DNA of 64,000 nucleotides from an uncultured Chloroflexia bacterium (lineage in GTDB: Bacteria; Chloroflexota; Chloroflexia; DTKN01), in the NCBI GenBank assembly GCA_964613665.1, contig CAZTIG010000003.1:78565-142564 (forward strand), written 5' to 3'. The notes under the pieces were generated by a model, which worked only from the letters and a program-made list of their open reading frames with translations, was not told where the DNA came from and searched no databases. Shown here one piece after another: positions 16,126 through 24,970 of this stretch (position 1 is the stretch's first letter; each line of letters begins with the position of its first letter). A program made the position numbers and the translations under genes.

Positions 16126-19006
16126 GGCCCTCCTGCGCGCGGAAAGCGCCCAGGACCGCCAGGCCCTGTTGTCGCCCCAGGAAGAGGACTTTTACGTCCA
16201 GGTTGTAGGCATGCTCAAGGACGAAGTCGATCGGGAGCGGTTGCGTGACTCCCGGGCAGCGTGCAGAGCCGCTGACATTGCCGCTGAGGTGGCCGACTTC
16301 GCCGCTACGCAGCGTTGCCAGGCGCTTGCCGCGTGGGCACGGGGGAATGCCCTGTTCCACCTCGGCGACTTTGCTGAGAGCCTGCAGCTCTACCGGCAGG
16401 CGGCTGTGGCCTGTGAAGCCGAGGGGATGGAGGTCGAGGCAGCCCGCCTGGCCACCAACCAGGCCTACGCCCTGAAGAACCTGGGGCAGTACGACCAGGG
16501 CTTGCAAGCGGTCGAGACTGCCCTGGCCATCCTTCGCCGACACCCTGGATCACCCTTTCTGCCCAGCGTCCTGATGTGCAAGGGCACGCTCTGCCGCCTG
16601 GCCCGCCGCTTGGAGCCGGGCCTGGCTGCCCTTCTCGAGAGCGAACAGCTCTACGCCAGCATGGGCCAGGAGCTTGAGTGGGCCCGGGCAAGGATCAACC
16701 GGGCGAACGTCCTGGAGAACCTCGACCGCTTCGCCGAGGCCATCGCGCTACTGGAAGAGGCGCGGGCGGTCCTGCTCGCCCAGGAGTGCGCTCTGGAAGT
16801 GGCGCGGGCTGACCTGAACCTGGGGATCACCCTGGCGCGGCTCGATCGCTACGATGAGGCGATCGCAGCTTTCGGCCGGGCAGAGGATGGCTTCCGCCGG
16901 CTTGGCAATGATATGGAGGTAGCCGTGGTCGAGCTGTACCGGGCCGACCTCTATGCGCACTTCCACCTGGATGAAGCCCTGCTGCAGACTCTGGACCGCG
17001 ACTATCGGACCTTCGATGAGCGACAGATGCAGGCGCAGGCAGCCCGCACGCTGTTGTACAGGGCGGCAGCCTACCGCCGTCTCGGCGACCTGGTCCAGGC
17101 GGAACCACTGCTGGTCCGCGCGCAGGAATCGTACAGACGGATGGGCGATGCAGTTGGGGTGCAGTGGGCCGCGCTTGAGCGGGCGACACTGTGGCACAAA
17201 GTGGGAGAATCGGCCCGGGCCTTGCCCGCGGCGATGGAAGCGGCGGCCCTGTTACGCGATCGCGGCATGCCCGTGCGGTCGGCAGCGGCATCTCTCCTGG
17301 CTGCTCACTGCCAACTGGCGCTGGGGCAGCCCACCGCGGCCGCCGGACAATACGAGGCGGTCCTGCGGCTGGCAGACATGCTCGAGGTCCCCTCTCTGCG
17401 CTACCAGGCGCAGCATGGCCTGGGGCGCGTGGCCACGCAGCAGGGCCGGCTGGAAGAAGCCGCCGGGCACTTGCGCCTGGCAATCGGGGCAATCCAGGAC
17501 CTGCGACAGCGACTGCCGGTGGAGGAATTCCGCACCGGCTTCCTGGAAGACAAACTGCAGGTCTATCAGGATGCCGTCCTTCTCTGCCTGCAGTTGAACC
17601 ACCTGGAAGAAGCCTTCGGGTACGTCGAGCAGGCCAAGTCAAGCACTCTCGTGGACCTGATGATCAGCAGGCTGGCCCGCCAGGACCCGGGCACGGCTTC
17701 GCCCAGCGGTGACCTGGCCGTCCGCCTCCGGACACTTGAAGAGAAGCTCACGTGGCACTATCGAAAGCTGGAGACGCCCGATGAGGAAGGTCGCGGCGGA
17801 GAGGCGGGCGCCCGAACGGAATCTACTACATGGTCAGATATCCGGGCAGTCGAGCAGGAGATCATACAGACCTGGCAGCGGATGCAGGAGACCCAGCCCC
17901 TTTTTGCGGCGCCCGGCCATCCCGAACCCTCTACCTTCGCTGCGACGCAGGCCCAGCTGGAGCCGCAGCAGGTCCTGGTGCAGTACTATATAGCGGGGGA
18001 TTCGCTGCACGCATTTGTCGTCGGTCCGGAAGGATTTCGCGGCCACGGACGGCTCACCGCTACCCCCGCCCAGGTCGACGACGCGCTGGCAGCGCTGGCC
18101 ACAGTCCTGAGCAGTGTTCCCCACGCCAGCCCCGCCTATGTCGGCAGCAGTCTCGAAGGGCTGGCCCGGCAGCAGCTGGGCTGGCTATACGACGACCTGC
18201 TCCGCCCCCTCGAGCGCTATCTGGCTGGGGCGGCCCGCCTGCTCATCATCCCCGACGGAGCACTCTTCGCGGTACCCTTCCACGCGCTATACGATGGTCA
18301 ACAACACCTTCTGGAGCGCTGCGAAAGCACCTACGCGCCGAGCATCCAGGCATTGCGCCTGTGCCAGGATGCCTATCGCCGCCGCGCTGGCGCACCGGAG
18401 CGGAGCCTGGCCATCGGGTACAGCTGCGCCGGCGCACTGCCCCATGTCCACCGCGAGACCGCCGCTTTCATCCGTGCCTTCCCTGAAGCGGCTGTCCTGA
18501 CCGACGATCAGGCCACCCTTGCCAACTTCCACCAGCATGCGAGCCGCAGCACCCTGCTGCACATCGCGACCCACGCGGTCTTCCGCCGCGACAATCCCCT
18601 GTTCTCTGCCCTGCAGATGGCCGGCCCAGACTGGTTGCGGGTCTGGGATCTTGCGGGCATGCAGCTCAACAGCCCACTGGTCATACTGAGCGCCTGCGAG
18701 ACAGGCCGCCACCACCTGCGCGGGGGCGACCTCCTCGGTCTGACGAGGGCCTTTATCTGTGCGGGAGCCGCTGCGGTGCTGGGCAGCCTGTGGACCGCCG
18801 ACGATGAATCGACGGCGATGCTGATGGAGCACTTTTACCATCATCTGGCCGGCGGGGAGAATGCACCAGCCGCACTACGAGAGGCCCAGCTCGCTGTGCG
18901 TGCATGGGAACAGCCGGGGGCAGAGGAAACCACGCATCCCTACGCGCACCCCTTCTACTGGGCTCCCTTCTACCTCCTGGGCTCCCCATCGATCCGGTGG
19001 GGCTAG
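16103..19006 (+). CDS. TPR-repeat protein with a C-terminal CHAT (caspase-like) protease domain
   Basis: Multiple TPR-like repeats in the first ~500 aa. C-terminal CHAT signature (LLHIATHAVF...LVILSACETG...GAAAVLGSLW). Start uncertain: TTG 16103 (overlaps the anti-sigma stop by 23 nt) or ATG 16211. The track ORF start at 15896 is rejected. Confidence 0.7.
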   Translation: MDPRDLARALLRAESAQDRQALLSPQEEDFYVQVVGMLKDEVDRERLRDSRAACRAADIAAEVADFAATQRCQALAAWARGNALFHLGDFAESLQLYRQAAVACEAEGMEVEAARLATNQAYALKNLGQYDQGLQAVETALAILRRHPGSPFLPSVLMCKGTLCRLARRLEPGLAALLESEQLYASMGQELEWARARINRANVLENLDRFAEAIALLEEARAVLLAQECALEVARADLNLGITLARLDRYDEAIAAFGRAEDGFRRLGNDMEVAVVELYRADLYAHFHLDEALLQTLDRDYRTFDERQMQAQAARTLLYRAAAYRRLGDLVQAEPLLVRAQESYRRMGDAVGVQWAALERATLWHKVGESARALPAAMEAAALLRDRGMPVRSAAASLLAAHCQLALGQPTAAAGQYEAVLRLADMLEVPSLRYQAQHGLGRVATQQGRLEEAAGHLRLAIGAIQDLRQRLPVEEFRTGFLEDKLQVYQDAVLLCLQLNHLEEAFGYVEQAKSSTLVDLMISRLARQDPGTASPSGDLAVRLRTLEEKLTWHYRKLETPDEEGRGGEAGARTESTTWSDIRAVEQEIIQTWQRMQETQPLFAAPGHPEPSTFAATQAQLEPQQVLVQYYIAGDSLHAFVVGPEGFRGHGRLTATPAQVDDALAALATVLSSVPHASPAYVGSSLEGLARQQLGWLYDDLLRPLERYLAGAARLLIIPDGALFAVPFHALYDGQQHLLERCESTYAPSIQALRLCQDAYRRRAGAPERSLAIGYSCAGALPHVHRETAAFIRAFPEAAVLTDDQATLANFHQHASRSTLLHIATHAVFRRDNPLFSALQMAGPDWLRVWDLAGMQLNSPLVILSACETGRHHLRGGDLLGLTRAFICAGAAAVLGSLWTADDESTAMLMEHFYHHLAGGENAPAALREAQLAVRAWEQPGAEETTHPYAHPFYWAPFYLLGSPSIRWG

Positions 19007-19182
19007 CTGCCTTGTGCTCTGACCAGGACATCGTCTGCCCTGGCAAGGGTGTGTCTCTTCCATTCAACTGATGATCCCAGCGAGCCGAACTCAGCACGTC
19101 CCCCGGCAGGCGTGAAAACACGACAGCGCACGTTCTATAGGATGACACGCCGAGCATGCAGGTTCTGAAAGGAGCAGATACC

Positions 19183-22100
19183 ATGGCAAAACGAAATCAG
19201 TTGACGGCCTATGTGTCGATCCTGCTCCTGGTATGTACGCTGGCAACCGCGGGCGCGACCGGGGCCGCCCCTCCAAGCCACCATCCGCCTGGCGGCGAGA
19301 CTAGGCCCCGGCCAGAAGCGGCAGACCGGAGTCCGGTCGAACCGGAAGACTTGCCGGCGCCACTCCCCCGCGACTGTGATGGCATCACGCCTGTCCCGCC
19401 GGCGTGCTGTGTCTACGGGTACGTCTACGAAGGCAGCCTGCCCGTCGGTGCCGCCAACGTGCACATCGCGAGCCCTTACGGCAGCCTCGACACCACAACC
19501 GCCAGCGGTCCGTTCAGTGACCAGCCCTACTATCAGGTCGATCTCAGCTCGCCACCCCTCAGCACCACCGTGGGCACCCCCATTACCTTCACCGTCTCCT
19601 ACGGCGGCATGACCGCCAGCCGGTCGTGGACCGTACAGAGCGATGGCCAGCAGGTCGACCTGGGCCTCGCTCTCCTGGGAGGACAGCTCCCCGTGACGCC
19701 CACTGCGTGGACCCGCCTGACGACCAATCCCTACGACGACCTGTATCCCGATTGGTCACCCGGGGGGAGTCAGATTGCCTGGACCCACTTCGGCGACAGC
19801 TGGTATCGGGACGTCTGGCAGATGGCGGCCGACGGAACGGGCGCCACTCCCCTCACCGATGGGGAAGTAGACGAAGCCGCGGACTATGCACCTGCCGGCC
19901 AGCAGATCGTCTTTGTCCGCTACCACGACGACACCTGGACCGACATCGTGGTCAAGGACCTGGAGCTGGGAGGCGAAACCGTCATCCGCGGGAGTGGCTA
20001 CAATGGGCACCCCCGCTGGTCACCCGATGGCGCTCGGATCGTCTTCCAGAGCGCCGACCACATGAACGGCACCTACCATCTCTATACCATGAATCCCGAT
20101 GGCACAGACGTGTCCCAGCTCACCAACGCAGGTTGGATCAACTCGTCTCCTGAATGGTCGCCGGACGGTTCGCGTATCCTGTTCGTCTCCGATCGCGCTG
20201 GTGGCTACAGGGACGAGGTGGCGTACCTGTACGTCATGGACGCCGACGGCAGCAACGTCCGCCAACTGACCAGCGGCGCGGTTCGTGAGGGCCTGGCCAG
20301 CTGGTCGCCCGACGGCCGGCACATCGCCGTGACCCGCTCCCTGGGTACTCCTTCCAGCCACATCTATGTGCTGCTCGAGGACGGGACAAGCGTGGTCCAG
20401 TTCACAGACTCTCCGGGGACCGAAGGATACCCCGCATGGTCGCCCGCTGGCGACACGCTGGCCTTTGCCGCGGAGGTCACTGGAACCTGGGACATCTACG
20501 TGGTAGACTTTCCCCTGGCCCAGGATCGGATCTACTTCAGCTCCAACCGGAGCGGACACCACCAGCTCTACTCGGTGAACCCGAACGGCAAGGATCTTCT
20601 GCGCCTTACCGACCACGCCTCCGACGACCGCTGGCCGGATCTGTCCGACGACGGCCGCACGCTGGTGTTTGCCTCCACGCGCACAGGGGACTGGGAGGTA
20701 TTCAAGGCCAATGCCGCCGCAGGCGATCCGCAGAACCTCACCAACGATCCAGGCCTGGATCGGGTGCCCCGTATCTCGCCCGACAGCAGCCGGATCGCCT
20801 ATCAGCACTGGACCCCGACCACGGAAGACGACCTGTATCGCATGGCCAGCGACGGCAGCGAAATCGTGTGCTTGACAGGTGAGCCCAGTGATGACGAGAA
20901 CCCCTCCTGGTCCCTGGACGGCACGCTGGTGTACTACGACTCCGATCGCCTGGCCGGCGGCTACGTGGACGATATCTGTCGCATCACCGCGGATGGGACT
21001 GACCCCACTTGCCTAACCAACCACCCTAGCGACGACACCTGGCCGGCCGTCTCTCCCGATGGCACCCGGATCGTGTTCTCCTCGGCGCGCTCTGGAAACT
21101 ATGAGCTGTATGTCATGGATGCCGCCGATGGCGGCAACGTCCAGCAGCTCACCAACCATCCCGCGGGCGATACCCAGCCGGCCTGGTCGCCCGACGGATC
21201 GAGAATCGCTTTCGTGTCCGACCGCGACGGAAACCAGGAGATCTACACGATGGCGGCCGACGGCACGGATCTGGTCCGGGTGACCCAGGATCCCGCCGAC
21301 GACATCGATCCGGACTGGGAGTGGGCCGCCACCCCGACGGGGTGGACTCGGCTCCGGCGGATACAGATTACCAGTGAGCCTACATGGCAGGGGCAGCCCA
21401 CCGTGCTCCCGGCCAATGGCCACTACTACGTGGCCCATACCAACATCGTGTCGGGAGACTGGTGTGACGGCAACTGGGATGTTTTTGTCCGCGAGTTCGA
21501 CGCCGACTGGAATTATGTGCGGGAGATCCGCATCACCGAGGCCCCCACCGCGGAGCAGCATGCCGCCATCGGCTTCGCGGATGGCAAGTTCAGCGTGGTC
21601 TACTCCTCGCGCGATACGGCCTGCGCAGGCAGCGGCCATGTCTTTGTGCAGGAGTACGACGCCGGCTGGAACTACCTGCGTACCATCCAGCTGACCGCCG
21701 AAGGATGGCTGGAGGAGTACCCCTCCTTGCTGCTGCTGAACGACAACTACTACGTGGGGTACAACTCCTACGAGACGGGGGACTCGGAGATCTACTTCAA
21801 GCGCTACGACACCAATTGGAACTTTATGGAGAAAATCTCCGGGCTTACCGACAGCGAGCCCGGCCTGCAGGAGCAGCCCAACCTGGCTTCCAACGGCACA
21901 GAGTGGGCCGTCTCGTACATCTCATACCAGGGCGGAGACTGGCACGTCTACGTGCGCACCTTTGACCTGGACTGGGCTCCCCTGCGCTGGTTTCGGATCG
22001 ATACCGCCCCGGCCGCCGACAAGCAGTACCTGATCTATGCCGACGGTCAGTACCACATCTCGTACGCCTCACAGGAATCTTCCCCTCCGGGGGTCTTTGT

Positions 22101-24816
22101 CAACCACTATACCGCGGATTGGACCCTGATCCGCAAGGAGTGGATGACCGAGGGGATGTACGCGAGCGACTCGTTTCTGGCCGACCTGGGGGAACAGTAC
22201 CTCCTGGCGTTCGACTCCGGCGGCGACGCCTACGTGGACCTGTATGTCGCAGGGCCGCAGGCGGTGCGAGCAGCCTTCGCTGCTGTCCCCCTGGTTGGAC
22301 CAGCCCCCCTGGAGGTGCATTTCGCCGACCGTTCCAGTGGCGACGTCAGCGCCTGGACCTGGGAGTTTGGCGATGGGGCCAGCGGCGGAGCCCGTTATCC
22401 GGTCCACACCTATGAAGTGACTGGCACCTATACCGTCTCCTTGACCGTGGTCGGCTGGGGAGGGACGGACAGGGCGGTCGCTACCGACTACATTCACGTA
22501 CCGGCGGGCCCCATCTCCCCGCCGCTGGCCACCATCACCGCGATCACACCCAGCCTGGCCATGCAGGGGCGCGACATAGTCCATTTCGACGGGTGTCCCT
22601 GCCAGGATCAGGAGGAGGGAGGGGAGAGCATTGTCGCCTACAACTGGCGCTCCGACCAGGATGGCTGGTTGAGCGACCAGGAGGATTTTGCCCTGCAGGC
22701 CTCCGCGCTCTCTACGGGCACCCATGTTATCTTCTTCCAGGTTCAGGATGACGAGGGGGAGTGGTCTGCCGAGGTGAGCCGGACCCTGAACATACTGCCC
22801 TGGCCGGCCGGGGCGCGCACACTCATCCTGGCAAACCGCAGCAAGCTGGAGGCGCTGTACAGCGGGGCCGACGCTGACCAGGTGCTGAGCCGTCTCAGCA
22901 GCCTGGCGGCCCACGATCGCGTACGCGGGATTGTAGTGCTCGTGGAGGCTGATCCGGCTGTGGCTGCCGCCTATGCCGCCTGGGAGGCAGATCCCACCAG
23001 CACCGCCCAGGCCAACGCCGTGACGGCGAGCATCAAGGCCGTGATCACCAACTACTGGTCAACCTTCCCAGGGCTGGAATACCTCGTGATCGTCGGTGAC
23101 GACCGCGTCATTCCCTTTCGCCGGGTGCCCGACCAGACCGCCTATCCAGAGAGCCACTATCAAGACGTCTCCTGCACGAGCACGGTCGGCGCTGCGCTGT
23201 GCGACGACATGACCCTGACCGACGACTACTACGCCGACGCCGTCCCCACGGTGCCGGACGACCCAGGTTGGGACGGGCATGATCTATACATACCGGATCT
23301 CGGCGTGGGCCGGCTCGTCGAAACGCCGGCTGAGATCAACGCCCAGGTCGATACCTTTCTGGCGGGGAACGAAGTGGGGGTGGATGGGGCCATCGTCACC
23401 GGATACGACTTTGTGCGAGACAGTGCCCAGGCCATGTGCGCCGCATTGAGGGACGACGGCATCACTACCGACTGCACCCTGGTCGGCAACTCCTGGGATC
23501 GCGACCTCTTCGTCGGCCGCGTGCTGAACACCCGTCACGTCGCAGCTGCGGTCAACAGCCATGCCAACCACTACACCATCGGCACGCCCTCGGGCGACGT
23601 CTATTCCAGCGATGTAGTCGGGGCCCTGGCAGACCTGGCCCGCGCGCTCTTCTACAGTCTCGGCTGCCACGCGGGCCTGAATGTGCCGCCAGACAACCCT
23701 GTCGAGCCACTGGACCTACCCGAGGCGCTGGTCCAGCAGCGCGCCAACCTGGTCGCCAACACCGGCTATGGCTGGGCCTATATCACCTCCATCGGCCTGT
23801 CGGAGCAACTGATGCTCGACCTGACCGAGCGCCTTACCTATGGCCAGTCCGCGACCGTAGGGCAGGCACTATCCGCCGCCAAGCACGAGTACTACCTGAA
23901 CGAAGGCAGTTTCGATTACTACGATGAAAAGATCATGATCGAGAGTCAGCTCTGTGGCCTGCCGATGTACCGGTATCAGACACCCGGCGGAGCCATGGCG
24001 CGGTCGGGCGCTGGCGCGGAGCCACCCGTGCGCCAGCAGTTCCATAGTACCTCGCTGGGGGATGGGCTGACCGTCAACAGCATCTCCTATCAGTTCCCGG
24101 CCGTGACACCACAATGGACCGAGCTGGGGATGTACTACACATTCGGGGGCAAGGTTCACAACGGACCGGGGCAACCGCTCCAACCCAAGTACGTCGCCGA
24201 CGTGTCGTTCCCGCAGACCAAGGCGCACGGGGTGGTCTTCCGCGGCGGCACCTACACGGACGTGGCCGTCTTTGACCCGGTGGTGGAGCAGGCCATCACG
24301 ACCACGGACATGCTCCCTGAGCCGGCCTTTGACGCGCCGTACTGGTACCCGGCGGTGTTCTATCGCCTCAATCGCCTCGAGCCGGCAGCCTCGCTGGTCA
24401 CCTTGCTGGGTCAGTTCAATGCGCCTGGCATGACGGAGCGTCTCTATGATCGCCTGGGCTTCGACATTTACTACCACACGACCTCCAGCGATTGGCAGGC
24501 CCCCGTGCTCAGCGGCATGCGCAGTTGGCTGGTGACCGGCACAGCCGCCGTCGTCGTCCAGGTTGGCGATGCGTCGGGAATCGCGGCCGTTGTCGTCGCG
24601 TACGACCAGGGACAGGGTTCCTGGTCCAGCGTCGCCCTGCAGGCGGATGCGGGGAGCTGGCAGGGCAGCTTCCCGGCACAGGCCGGCACGAGCTTCGTCG
24701 TGCAGGTGGTGGACGGGGCCGGGAATGTGCTGGTCCAGGATAACGGCGGCGCCTACTTCCACCCTGGCGACGGGCTGAACCAGATCTACCTGCCGCTGGT
24801 AGTGCGAGGCCAGTGA
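19183..24816 (+). CDS. Giant secreted multidomain protein: signal peptide, CarbopepD-reg-like domain, many PD40/TolB-type propeller repeats, BNR/Asp-box-like repeats, PKD domain, C-terminal clan-CD (C25/C11-like) cysteine peptidase-like domain
   Basis: N-terminus MAKRNQLTAYVSILLLVCTLATAGATGAA. WSPDGSRIAF...DIY PD40 repeats. PKD: VHFADRSSGDVSAWTWEFGDGASG...YTVSLTVV. Putative catalytic dyad context VNSHANHYTIG and ALFYSLGCHAG. AAAGGAG RBS. Confidence 0.75.
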   Translation: MAKRNQLTAYVSILLLVCTLATAGATGAAPPSHHPPGGETRPRPEAADRSPVEPEDLPAPLPRDCDGITPVPPACCVYGYVYEGSLPVGAANVHIASPYGSLDTTTASGPFSDQPYYQVDLSSPPLSTTVGTPITFTVSYGGMTASRSWTVQSDGQQVDLGLALLGGQLPVTPTAWTRLTTNPYDDLYPDWSPGGSQIAWTHFGDSWYRDVWQMAADGTGATPLTDGEVDEAADYAPAGQQIVFVRYHDDTWTDIVVKDLELGGETVIRGSGYNGHPRWSPDGARIVFQSADHMNGTYHLYTMNPDGTDVSQLTNAGWINSSPEWSPDGSRILFVSDRAGGYRDEVAYLYVMDADGSNVRQLTSGAVREGLASWSPDGRHIAVTRSLGTPSSHIYVLLEDGTSVVQFTDSPGTEGYPAWSPAGDTLAFAAEVTGTWDIYVVDFPLAQDRIYFSSNRSGHHQLYSVNPNGKDLLRLTDHASDDRWPDLSDDGRTLVFASTRTGDWEVFKANAAAGDPQNLTNDPGLDRVPRISPDSSRIAYQHWTPTTEDDLYRMASDGSEIVCLTGEPSDDENPSWSLDGTLVYYDSDRLAGGYVDDICRITADGTDPTCLTNHPSDDTWPAVSPDGTRIVFSSARSGNYELYVMDAADGGNVQQLTNHPAGDTQPAWSPDGSRIAFVSDRDGNQEIYTMAADGTDLVRVTQDPADDIDPDWEWAATPTGWTRLRRIQITSEPTWQGQPTVLPANGHYYVAHTNIVSGDWCDGNWDVFVREFDADWNYVREIRITEAPTAEQHAAIGFADGKFSVVYSSRDTACAGSGHVFVQEYDAGWNYLRTIQLTAEGWLEEYPSLLLLNDNYYVGYNSYETGDSEIYFKRYDTNWNFMEKISGLTDSEPGLQEQPNLASNGTEWAVSYISYQGGDWHVYVRTFDLDWAPLRWFRIDTAPAADKQYLIYADGQYHISYASQESSPPGVFVNHYTADWTLIRKEWMTEGMYASDSFLADLGEQYLLAFDSGGDAYVDLYVAGPQAVRAAFAAVPLVGPAPLEVHFADRSSGDVSAWTWEFGDGASGGARYPVHTYEVTGTYTVSLTVVGWGGTDRAVATDYIHVPAGPISPPLATITAITPSLAMQGRDIVHFDGCPCQDQEEGGESIVAYNWRSDQDGWLSDQEDFALQASALSTGTHVIFFQVQDDEGEWSAEVSRTLNILPWPAGARTLILANRSKLEALYSGADADQVLSRLSSLAAHDRVRGIVVLVEADPAVAAAYAAWEADPTSTAQANAVTASIKAVITNYWSTFPGLEYLVIVGDDRVIPFRRVPDQTAYPESHYQDVSCTSTVGAALCDDMTLTDDYYADAVPTVPDDPGWDGHDLYIPDLGVGRLVETPAEINAQVDTFLAGNEVGVDGAIVTGYDFVRDSAQAMCAALRDDGITTDCTLVGNSWDRDLFVGRVLNTRHVAAAVNSHANHYTIGTPSGDVYSSDVVGALADLARALFYSLGCHAGLNVPPDNPVEPLDLPEALVQQRANLVANTGYGWAYITSIGLSEQLMLDLTERLTYGQSATVGQALSAAKHEYYLNEGSFDYYDEKIMIESQLCGLPMYRYQTPGGAMARSGAGAEPPVRQQFHSTSLGDGLTVNSISYQFPAVTPQWTELGMYYTFGGKVHNGPGQPLQPKYVADVSFPQTKAHGVVFRGGTYTDVAVFDPVVEQAITTTDMLPEPAFDAPYWYPAVFYRLNRLEPAASLVTLLGQFNAPGMTERLYDRLGFDIYYHTTSSDWQAPVLSGMRSWLVTGTAAVVVQVGDASGIAAVVVAYDQGQGSWSSVALQADAGSWQGSFPAQAGTSFVVQVVDGAGNVLVQDNGGAYFHPGDGLNQIYLPLVVRGQ

Positions 24817-24970
24817 GGCACAGAGGAGCATTGTTTCGCGCGCGGCCTCCTCGAGCAGTGGCAACCTGATGCCGTACCGCCGAACGACGCGGCCCAAGGC
24901 GTTCTGGAAAGGGGCATGTGACGAGTGGCAGGTGCGCTGCACCGTTTTCCCCATACCGTGGAGGTGGGCC

